A stretch of 64,000 bases of DNA from contig CP075494.1 in NCBI GenBank assembly GCA_021613535.1, forward strand, positions 10,230,001 to 10,294,000. Direction: 5' to 3'. Source of the DNA: Adineta vaga. Its lineage: Eukaryota; Animalia; Rotifera. Positions within the stretch are counted from its first letter, which is position 1; every line of letters begins with the position of its first letter. The position numbers and the translations under genes were made by a program. Of this stretch, positions 27,601 through 38,251 are shown piece by piece. The notes under the pieces were generated by a model. It searched no databases, was not told the origin of the DNA, and saw only the letters and a program-made list of their open reading frames with translations.

Positions 27601-30600
27601 ATATCTTTTTTCATTTTCAATCAAGTGAAAGTCAACATAATCAGACTAAAGTGATGATAGGAGACGCTAGACTCTATCGTTTATCTGACCCGGTCGAGAA
27701 AACTAATCATGATATGATAAATCAGTTTGATTTCTTAGTTTTCATCGAACACAACGCAAGTGATAATCGACTATCATGCACAATCAAGGCGTCACTCGAT
27801 TTGTTCAGTGAAAATACGGTTTCTACGATTGCACATCGATTCCATTGCATGATACAAAGTATGGTTCACCCGACAAATGATCAAATGACAACACCAATCT
27901 ACGAATTATCATTCAGATCACCGAATGACGAATTGTTAATGCAATCAGTGAATAACACAGAAATGAAGAATTCATCTGTTTCCTGTATTCATCATGAGTT
28001 TGTCCGTCAGGTGATCGCACATCCACAGAAACTAGCAGTTGAACTTGACGAACAGTCTCTCACGTATTCAGAATTGTTACATTCAGTTCAAGTTTTGTCT
28101 CTACGTCTTCTGAACGAATATCGCGTTGTTCCAAACGAAATCATCTGCCAGTGTCTTGAGAGAAGTCTTGCGATGGTAAGTTGATGAAAGGTATTAACCA
28201 TAGTCTTAGTGAAATATTGATATTGATTAGGTCATTGGTATGATGGCAATTGAGATGATCGGTGGTGTATATTGTCCTCTATCACCTCGAGATCCGGAAC
28301 AACGTTTGTATGCACTTGTACAACAGACGAATAGTCGTCTTGTACTGGTGCATAGTTCAACAATAAACAAGTTTCCCCTTTCTTTCATTATACTAGATAT
28401 TGATATTCTAACGATTCGTGTAGATCTCGAAGATGTTTCTAGTATTGTTCAACTATCAAATATTATAGTCACGCCAGATAATATTGCCTATATTATTTTT
28501 ACCAGTGGATCAACTGGGATACCGAAAGCTGTGAGTGATGTCTTCAACGATGAAGTGACAAAGCAGTAATATCCATTTCTTTTATAGGCACAAATTCAAC
28601 ACCGAAACGTGAGCGCGTGTATGCATTCTATGGTGACAATTGATGCTGTCAATCAATACGATATGGTCATACAAATTGCACGTTGTTCATTTGATGTTCA
28701 TGTTCTAGACATAATGGGAACATTGATGATTGGTGGATCTTTGATAATGCTACATCCTGACGGTATTCTAGACCTTGAATATTTCACATCAGTGCTGCAA
28801 GAAAAACAAATCACTTATATTCAAGCAGTTCCGAGTTTGCTTAAAGCATTCTTTACATTTCTGAAAGAAACATTTCAATACTCTCAAGCAAAATGTTTTA
28901 GATCTGTCTGTAGTAGTGGTTAGTGGTTATAAATCACATTTTTATCTCAATAATCTCTCTTTCTTTTCGTAGGAGAACCTTTCTCACTCGACTTAATGTC
29001 GTTAATAAACAGTTACGTCACAAGCAAATGTAATATATGGAATTTGTACGGTCCCGCTGAGACAATAATTTGTACATTTCAATGTGTCAATTGGTCAGAG
29101 GATATAATAAAAATTCCAATCGGCTTGCGTATGCCTGACTATCAATGTCTGATATTAGACAAATTCTTACAAAAACTTACGCTAGATCAGGAGGGTGAAT
29201 TATTTGTAGGAGGATTAGGGGTCTTCGCTGGCTATCTTGCACAAGATGATTTGACAACGAAAGTACTCACTAATATTGAAGGTGCGAATTTCTATCGCAC
29301 AGGTGATCTTGTTCGAATGGACAGCAATGGACTTCTCCATTACATTGGAAGAAAAGACTTTCAAATCAAACTTCGTGGTCAACGTATCGAAATCGGTGAA
29401 ATTGAACAGTGTTTGTTGCAAACTTCCATCGACGCATGCATCGTCATCAAATGGGGAGAAGATCACCTAGTTGCTTATGTTCAAAGTTCTCATATTACCG
29501 AAGAACAACTACGTGAACATTGTCAATCGCATCTCCCACCACATATGATTCCATCGATGTTCATCATACTTGACAAACTTCCTCTCAATCCAAATGGAAA
29601 AGTAGATAGAAAACAACTTCCTCTGCCCGAATTTTCTCATCTATCATCAGCACATTTGGGTGAAGATGGTAAACCAACAACACCAAGAAATGAAACTGAA
29701 CGCATCATTCATCACATTTGGTGTGATATACTAAAGAGAAATGAGATCTCAATCGATACAAGCATCTTCAGTATTGGTGGCCATTCATTACTCATCATGC
29801 AACTCTTTCATCGATACAAGATAGAACTTCATCTAGAAGAAAACATCCTCTCCATTGCTGATCTCTTTCAACATTCATCCATCTCAGATCATGCAAGACT
29901 CATTCAAGAGACATTATGCATCCTAAGAACGGACGACGAGCATCACTGGTATCCACTATATCTCAGTCAAGGTAAAATACATGTTACATACCTTTGAACA
30001 ACTATATTTCTCTCTATTCGTTTATTTATAGCTAAAGCATCATCTGCTCAAGAGCGCATCTTTCTCGATGAACAGATTCGTTTCTCATCCGCAATCAGCC
30101 AAAACATCTATGCCATCCCACATATCTACCGCATTTCACCACACAATGATGAGCTTTCAATCTCACGGCTTCTTCGTGCTCTCCATGCTGTCGTCACAAA
30201 GCATAACATCCTTCGAACTGCACTCTATCTCGATACAGAAGGTTCTATTGTACAACAATGCTTAGAGTCGAATATCTCGTCTATCGATGGACCAGGACCA
30301 TATGGTTTCACGATCATCAATCTTCAGAATGATGATCGTCAAATCAATGAAACTGTGAGAGAGATTCAAAATCAACCTGATCTAGTTGATTTGTCACAAG
30401 GACGTGTTCTTCATTGTCACATTCTTCGCCAGTCGCGCCTCGATGAAGATCTACTCACTGATCGTGACTTCATACTAATCAATATCCATCATGCAGCATT
30501 TGATGGTGCATCCACATCCACTTTTCTCTCTGATCTTGCTCTTGCCTATGAGAATAGCCAATCGCTACTGAGAGATAAAAGTACATTACAATACATTGAC

Positions 30601-33600
30601 TATTCTGTTCATGAACATGTCATGGATACAACATTAGCGCGTGACTTCTGGCATTCTCATCTCGAAGGATACAATCTTCAGCATCCTCTCGCCCTACCCA
30701 TGGATCGGCAACGTTCATCCACTACTCGACGATCAGGTCTTGCATCTACAGCTCACATCGTGTTCGATAATGATGTTGTTGAAGCCTTTCTTAACTATGC
30801 ATCATCACATCATCTCACACTCTTTCAACTCGGCTTGGCTACATTCTATGCATTTCTCTTCAAACTGACGCATGGTCAAGATGACTTATGTGTTGCATCG
30901 ATTAATGCGAATCGATATCGAAGTGAACTAGTGAACATGATTGGAATGTTTGTTTCGACACTGCCATATCGTGTTCAACTGGATGCTCATTGGTCATTTG
31001 ACGAACTTGTTCGACATGTGCGAGAGAAGTGCCTATCTATTCTTGAAAATTCTCACTATCCACTGCAGCAAATCTTGGCTGATTTTCATCTGAATCAATC
31101 GAATGCTTCATTTCTTGAGACAATGTTCGATTCTATCACTGTATCTCCGACTGTTCATCGTTTTAGTTTGAATGGCGTTGAGTTGGAACAAGTATCAATG
31201 GGCGGAGGAGCAGGTGGAGGATTGAAGTTTGACTTCTCTGTTACATTTGTTCACAATAAAGCAGTCAGCGACAAACAACTATCATGCTACATTGCGTGTT
31301 CACAAGATCTATTCGATGTAGAATCAGTCGATAAAGTAGCACAACGATTGCATTGTATGATACAACGAATGTTTTCAATCATGGGACATCACATAGAGAC
31401 CACAATCTGCGAATCTTCACTGATATTACCAAATGAACGCGTGTTGATGCAATCGATGAACAATACCGAGACGCAGTATTCTTCCGCTTCGTGTATTCAT
31501 CATGAGTTTGTTCGTCAAGTCGTCGAGCATCCACAGAAACTAGCAGTGGAACTCGATGAACAGTCACTCACCTACACTGAGTTGCTTCATCACGTTCAAG
31601 TTTTGTCTTTGTATATTTTGGGGGAATATTATATTATACCTGGTGACATCATTTGTCAATGTGTAGAGAGAAGCGTATCAATGGTAAGTTTGATTGATAG
31701 AATATATGTGGATATCACTAATGTATGAATGTTGATTAGGTCGTTGGTATAATGGCAATCGAGATGGTTGGTGGTGTATATTGTCCATTATCACCTCGAG
31801 ATCCAGAACAACGCTTGCATGCACTTGTGGAACAAACGATGAGTCGTCTTGTTCTTGTTCATCATCTAACGAAGACCAAGTTCTACGATAATATCATGTC
31901 ACTGGATATAGATTCGGTCTGGACTGTCGAAGAGAAAGACGTGCATGATATTAATCGACTATCACGAATAAGAGTGACACCTAACTGTCTTTCATACATT
32001 GTCTTCACTAGCGGATCAACAGGAGTTCCCAAAGGAGTATGTGGAAGACGTTTCTGATATGTCGCAATCTTTATTTTACTTTGTTCAGGTTCAAGTTCGA
32101 CATCGAAGTCTGGTAGGATGCATTGATTCTCTTATTCAAGTTAAATTATTCACAAACAAAGATACTATGTTACAAATGGCTGGTTGTTCATACGATGTGC
32201 ATATACAAGAAATAATAGGTGCACTGACGATTGGTACAACTACCGTCATGTTGCACCCTCATGGAAACATGGACTTTGAATATGTCATCAGAATCATAGA
32301 GAATAAACAAATATCGTATATGCAAAGTGTTCCGGCCTATCTCAACAATATGTTTGACTTCTTGAAAGGAGAAAGTCATGAGAGTTTGAGAACTTTACGA
32401 ACTCTTGATATTGGTGGTAAGTGCATGATTCCAGTTACTAAAATATCATTTCGATATTTCCTAGGAGACATCAGTACTATTCAGTTCTTGCGAAAGTTAC
32501 TCGGTTATTTGCCTAAAAGTGTTCTCATATGGAACGTGTATGGCCCAGCAGAAGCTACTATTGACTGTACCAGTCATCTAGTCAATATGGCTGTTGACAA
32601 GAATTGTGTTCCTATCGGACGCGCACTTTCCAATTATGGATATTTGATCTTGGATAATCTGCTGCAACCTGTTGTCGTTAATCAAGATGGTGAACTATAT
32701 GTTGGAGGGGTGGGTGTCTTTGCAGGATATCTTGGTCGTGATGATTTGACTTCCAAAGCATTAGCATCGATCAACAACTTGACATATTATCGCACAGGTG
32801 ATCTTGTTCGAATAGATGACAATGGACTTCTTCATTACATTGGAAGAAAAGACTTTCAAATCAAGCTACATGGTCAACGTATAGAAATCGGTGAAATTGA
32901 ACAATGTTTACTTGGTACATCTATATCTGCATGTGTTGTAATGAAATGGGGAGAAGATCATCTCGTTGCTTACATTGAAAGTTCTGACATCACTGTAGAA
33001 GAACTACGTGAACGTTGCCAGTCACATCTACCACTACATATGATTCCGTCCAAGTTCTTCATACTCGAGAAACTTCCACTCAATGCTAATGGAAAGATAG
33101 ATCGAAAAGAGCTACCGCCACCTCGGATGTCGAATGTCGAAACGACTCCGCGCACGAATGTGGTGATATTAACTCCACTTGAAGAACAGTTGTGGAGTAT
33201 ATTCAAGCGCAGTTTTCATAGCGAATCGACTGATATTGAAATGTCTTTTGGACTAATGGGTGGCACATCATTAGATGCGATTCGAGCATTGTCATTGATC
33301 CGACAAGAAATAAGTACTAAGGTTGATATTGGGCTATTGTTCGCTAATCCTTCTGTTCGACAACTGGCACGTGTTATTGAACCATTGATAGTGATAGAAG
33401 ATAATTTGACGAATAGTTCTATCAGTTTACAAGTAGATGACGATCATGACAGATCAATGTCATGTTTGTATATTGAAATATTGGGTATTATATTACTTGT
33501 ATGTCAATGGTTTTTCCCAATGTGGTTAGCTTATCAGTTTCACTCATTTTTTATATTGTTAGCTGTACCTGTTTTTCACCTTGTAACATATATTATTAGT

Positions 33601-35479
33601 CAACATTTATTACTTCGCCGTGAAAAGATAATGTATCAAAGAGATAAGTTGTATTCATGGCAATACTATCGGTGGTGGTTTTTAAATACTATGTGGTCGA
33701 TTAATAACTCGTTTTGGTTAAAACATTTGCTGGGTACACCGTTTTACAATTTGTATCTTCGCTTATGTGGTGCTGATGTTGGGCGTAACTCACATATTTA
33801 TACAACATCAATCGATGCCCCTTGGTTACTTAAAGTAGGTGATTTTACATTTATTGGTGACGAAGTTATACTCTCGAGTTTATCATATCAAGCGAACACA
33901 TACACCCTTGGTCGAATAAGTATCGGATCACACTGTTGTATCAACACACGTTCTGTACTTTATGAAGATGTGAAGATAGAAGATGGTGTATTTATAGAAC
34001 CAATGTCCACTGTCTCAGGGCCGGTACCCAAATCGAACAATGATATTTTTATGAAGAATCAAGTCGTATCATGGAAACAATCATTATATCAATTCGGATG
34101 TTTATCCATTATTTTCGTTATCCATATTTTAATCCTATTATGCACATACAGCATCTATTCTTCCTTTCGATCTCTAATGCTACCATTACCTATTTGCATT
34201 GCTCTAGTCTGGCTCACATGGGTTTTGATAAGTTTCTTTATTGCTTTAATTCTGTTGAAATTTATTGTTGGATCTGTCACAGTAGAGCATTGTTCAGTCA
34301 ACTCTTTCTATTATATGCACAAGATATGGTTGCGTCAAATGATTATAACATCGTTTCATCATTCTTTAGATGTGATACCTTCTTACAGTGTTGTTGCATC
34401 TATTATTTTACGATGGTTAGGTGCACAAATTGAAGACGATGTCAGATTTGCTGAATTTCGACAAATTTTATATTTTCCAGCAAATTTACTTTTTGTGAAG
34501 AGTGGTGTAACAACATTTGGTGGGGCTAAACTTGCAACTTTTGAGATGACAAAAGATGGTCTCTGTCGTCTTGATGAAATCCAGCTTGGCTCAGGCACAA
34601 ATCTTACCAATTGGTGTACATTAATGCCAGGTACTCGACTCGTATCAAACACAATGGTCGGAAGTTTAACATTAGTTACACGGCAAACTGTTAACAGTAA
34701 CATCAATAGTACATTACTTGGTATTCCAGCGCGTGAAATGCCATTCCAATTATCTGATAGTCCTCGTTCAAGTCAAAATAATCGGCCGCCTACAAACTCT
34801 ATTTCTATCCAAGTTCTATTACTCACTTGTCTTAGTTTCTTTATTAGCAAATTGTTACTTATTGCTTTGTACTCCTTATTTTCATTTTTTGCCTCTCCAT
34901 GTATTCATATAATATTCACTTGCACTATTTATCATTATTCAATTTGGCTTTCGAAAAATCATTCGCGATTCTCCTATTCGAAAACTATCAATGTTTTACA
35001 ACAAATAATTCATATGTTTTTAATGGATTTTTATACCTTTGTTGGGCCATTTCTATCGAGAACACAATATCTTGTATATGTTTTTCGTGGTTTTGGGGCT
35101 CGCATTGGATGCGATGTCATCTTGCCCGATATTGGTTGTCTCACTGATCCTTATCTAACTACTCTTGGCAATCACATACGTCTGCAAACAGGCGCTCACA
35201 TTCAAGTAATATATCTTCCGTAGTTAGGTTGTAATTTGTACTAACAAGTTCTGTGTTTTTTTTCCAATTTAGTGCCACACATTCGAACAACGCCTATTAA
35301 AACTAGCACCTGTTGTGATAAATCATTCAAGTGTATTAATGAGTAACACCTTAATACTTCCTGGATCAGTACTACAAGGACAAAATCGTATATTACCATG
35401 GACATTGATTATGAAGAACGATCAGCTACAACCGAACACTAGCTGGTCTGGTGTACCAGGTCACAGAACCAGACAATAA
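1627..35479 (+). CDS. Giant multi-exon non-ribosomal peptide synthetase (5'-incomplete): C-A-T-C / C-A-T-C / C-A-T-C / C-A-T-C-A-T-Pls-like terminal membrane domain
   Basis: ORF fragments carry C (HHxxxD, GMFVxxxPxR), A (FTSGSTGxPK, YGPAE, YxTGD, KLRGQRIE, NGKVDR) and T (GGHS/GGTS) motifs. Frame-compatible phase-1 long introns 6663-10446, 15509-20507 and 25567-26464 join the units (GAA G|gt...ag|CA CCx GCx gives E-A-P-A-S-Y-A-Q). Stop TAA at 35477-35479. Joining into one transcript is inferred from splice signals only. Confidence 0.8.
8419..8658. mobile_element. Possible small MITE
   Basis: Imperfect TIR CAAGGGAGAAAAGCG / CGCTTTTCCCCCCTTG and internal GGATCC/TAGGAT repeats; no TSD seen. Confidence 0.4.
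8818..13623 (+). repeat. Direct segmental duplication, copy 2
   Basis: Matches 1-4801. Identity stops abruptly within NGKVDRKQLP (A10 motif / A-T linker). Confidence 0.95.
9480..10136. mobile_element. hAT-like MITE (copy 2) with nested element 9529-9930
   Basis: Same TIRs and TSDs as 663-1316; duplicated with the segment. Confidence 0.7.
10447..15508 (+). CDS. NRPS unit 2 (C-A-T-C), intact
   Basis: Introns 11014-11076, 12165-12222, 12523-12577, 12909-12971 and 13974-14035 restore a continuous frame (LRYLDYA, ERSLSMVIG, PKAVQVRH, SGGEAL, LTQARASFAQ). Second C has HHAAFDG. Confidence 0.9.
16239..16651. mobile_element. pogo/Tc1-mariner-like MITE
   Basis: TIR CAGTAGAACCTCTAATAGTAGACAC / GTGTCCACTATAGAGAGGTTTTACTG, TA on both flanks, internal TATAGTGGACA repeats. 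Confidence 0.85.
17060..20253 (-). mobile_element. hAT DNA transposon with decayed transposase
   Basis: 15-bp TIR CAGTGTTTTATCCAG / CTGGATAAATCACTC; 8-bp TSD AGCGTAAT / AGCGTAAC. Confidence 0.85.
17362..19679 (-). pseudogene. hAT transposase pseudogene (ZNF862/ZMYM1-like)
   Basis: Five fragments broken by frameshifts or stops, with SDEGTD, DGVAVFSG, IHCYAHALQL, DTRWLS and the C-terminal dimerisation motif PISTAAVERDF..MNRVLTKLRNRL. Confidence 0.85.
20508..25566 (+). CDS. NRPS unit 3 (C-A-T-C), intact
   Basis: Introns 21108-21162, 22251-22304, 22605-22660, 22992-23049 and 24043-24108. Motifs HHALFDF, FTSGSTGMPK, YGPAETT, SVGGHSLL, HHAAFDR. Confidence 0.9.
26465..33400 (+). CDS. NRPS modules 4 and 5 (C-A-T-C-A-T)
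   Basis: Introns 27029-27087, 28176-28230, 28531-28587, 28919-28972, 29972-30031, 31684-31739, 32037-32088 and 32417-32464. T4 SIGGHSLL, T5 FGLMGGTSL. End coordinate approximate. Confidence 0.9.
33430..35479 (+). CDS. NRPS terminal domain of Pls/PosA type (TIGR02353-like): transmembrane helices alternating with three beta-helix-like repeats
   Basis: Three repeats LLGTPFYNLYLRLCGADVG, ILRWLGAQIEDDV and VFRGFGARIGCDV, separated by hydrophobic helices. Last exon 35273-35479 (after intron 35206-35272) reads CHTFEQRLLKL...LIMKND...WSGVPG, matching the recalled HLFEDR...LVMKGE...W.G.PA end of this family. Start approximate. Confidence 0.85.
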
Positions 35480-35529
35480 CTATTTCTGTACATTTTCTAT
35501 GAAATCTGTAAATAGATCACTACATGTTT

Positions 35530-35535
35530 AATAAA
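35530..35535 (+). terminator. Putative polyadenylation signal of the NRPS gene
   Basis: AATAAA about 50 bp after the stop codon. Confidence 0.5.
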
Positions 35536-38251
35536 CAACGCACTATTAATTTATTTTGACATTTTTCAAAATTAAACATGGATCGTTTGCATTTGTTAAA
35601 TGCAAGAAATATTCGGTGCATTTATCCTAATTTCTAGAAACGAGATGGTTTCCAACTAAACTTGTACTCTTAAGTAATTGCAAATATGTTCGAATTACAT
35701 GTGATTACTTTTGATATATGTATCACATTTTTTTGTGTCAGATTTATAGTTGAGAAATAGACGCATCGGTACCGAGAAAAATAGACAGTCATCCATCAGA
35801 CAGTTAATTATTTAGAAAAACCACACGTCTATCGATACAAACAGCGTAATATTATTAAAATTAACTTTTTCATGTATAGAACGTAACTTGAAGATGGATT
35901 ATCATTTCGCTAGTGTATTAGTAGATAGATCGTGTAAAATCGTACATTTCTTAAATTCATCCTCCACTTTGAACAATTTAATAAACAGTAATTACATCCA
36001 GAAAGTGCTTTTACCATTCGACATCAACACTAATTAATCGATCAACTTTTAAAACGATGGAAAGAAACATTCCAAACTTTGATTTAGATGCTAGTGAATA
36101 AATATAAAAATAATCGATTGTAAGTTATAACGTGAAGGAAGATCAGTTTTCTTCAAAATTCGAATAATTAAATTACTAAAGACAACGTCTACCCAGCATA
36201 TTTCATCAATATAATTCTTTTCTCGAATAAAGTCTATATACTACAAATTATTCACAGAGTGAAGGAATACATGACAAAAGAAAAAGAAAGAAAACAGAAA
36301 AATCAGCTATATATTATAAGGGTAATTATTTTGTAAGTCTTCCATATGAAAGAAACAAGAATTCATCAGATAAATAGTGACTTACAGTTTCATTGTTTAA
36401 CGATGCAAAGAATATTATTATCTAAACGGATAAGTAAACTTTTAAGGACAAATATATTTATATCTTCATTCATATATGTATGTATCAGAGAGCCGTTTTA
36501 TAAGAGTAAGTACGTCATGATAAATAAGAAAATACCTGTAAATGGATTGTTGATAACTATTTATTCTTATTGTTACATTTTACAATTGGAAAAATTACTA
36601 ACATTATAATACCATAGATATATTGTAAGTTTTATATATAAAAGTTACTTATTATTTCTAATTTTTTAGTTTGACGGATAATTGAAAAACAAAATCATCA
36701 TGAATTATATTTGACTCTTCTTGTCCTTGAAGTAATTGGTATGTTTTTCGTATTTTGTTACGGTCAAAAAAGTGCTAAGTATAATTTCAGTAATTCGAGC
36801 ACATCTTTTAAAAACGATATATTACTTTGAAAAAAGTACGATAATGATCTTATTATTCATATCAAATAATCGTTGAAAATCTATATCTGAAGCCATTACA
36901 TCGAAAAAGGATATAGTGAAAAAAACAAGATTGTTTGTTTCGTGTTATTCAGTTCAGAAATTTGAATGACGTAGGTGTAAAATATTGATACAATCGAACA
37001 AGCAGATCTGCTTACCTAAGGAATACACGCATATTGTTTATCTATAGATTTTTACACTATCATTCTTCTTTTAGTTTATACATATATTGCGTTGATCGAT
37101 AAAAGATATGCTAAAACTGCACATACACAGTAATTGATTTGACTAGCGAAAGCAGAATATGAAGACAGTATAGATACGAGAAAATTATCTTGAACAAGTC
37201 TCATGTTTAAAAAAAACGTTTTTTTCTACTTTGATAATGCGGCAGTACATTACATGTTATCTCTAATATAATCTACACTGCATTAGTGATGATTGGAAAG
37301 CTAAATAAGAAAGAACCGGAATTATTTGGTGAATATTCGTGATCATAGGTCATAAAACTCGAATGGTTTAATAAGTGTTCAAACATAGTGAATTTATGGT
37401 GTTTGATCATGTTGAATGCAATGAACCATTTTAGGTCTCAGTTCATTCTTTCATTTTTCATCAGTAATGCCGTCTTCCCAGATGAAAAGGGCAGAAATTG
37501 GTAAAAAATTTCAAATATTTGAATTTAGTACTCTGACTATAGGTGAGATTTAATGAGTATAAATTGATCGCCTTCAGCTACTAAACATCAACTGATATCT
37601 AATAATAAAATAGATCTGCTAGTTAAATCGTTTTCTAGTTTCGAACCTTGTGTATAAGATAGATCCTGGTGAGAAACGAAAAATTTGTCAAGCAAGGTCA
37701 CCCTCAAGATTTTCTACTCAGAGCTATAGGTACTTCACCATAGTTTTAGCAAATTGCAAAAGTCTTGTCAACAACTTGAATGGTGCAATATCAATTTGAT
37801 ATTTTTTGTCTAGAGTCATGTCTGATTGTTAGTAGAGCAATCATTTTTTGGAACTTAAACATTCTAAAAATGAAATATTTCGTTGAGTTGAAATTTTTAG
37901 TGTTTTATTCATGAGCAAACCTTGTTCCGGACAACATGTCGGATCGAAATAGTCCTATTTCATTTTTTCATGGATGCTACGCTGTGAGCTAAAATTTTTA
38001 CAAAGCTGAACAAAACTCCTACGAGTCATCGTCCGTTGGAAGCTCTTTATGCTTTACTAAGGTCTAGCTTATCCATAGAGTCCAAGTCCAAGTCCAAAAC
38101 CAACTTCAAATTTGAATTGATTCTTTGATTTATCTGTCAAACATAAATAGAGTCTCATGGTATAAAAACGATTAGTTGATAGCCATGATTATCCGAATTA
38201 GTATCATCATCATCATTTCCCATAGGCTTAGCGCCCGTTGGGGCTAACCAT

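Noticed and set aside
1627-35479. Bacterial contaminant or a set of broken pseudogenes
   Set aside because: Nearly all breaks between ORF fragments are GT-AG introns at conserved positions that restore the frame, and the contig continues into metazoan genes.
35540-38190. Short ORFs in the AT-rich spacer (e.g. 36346-36609)
   Set aside because: Composition looks non-coding and there is no splice or motif support.
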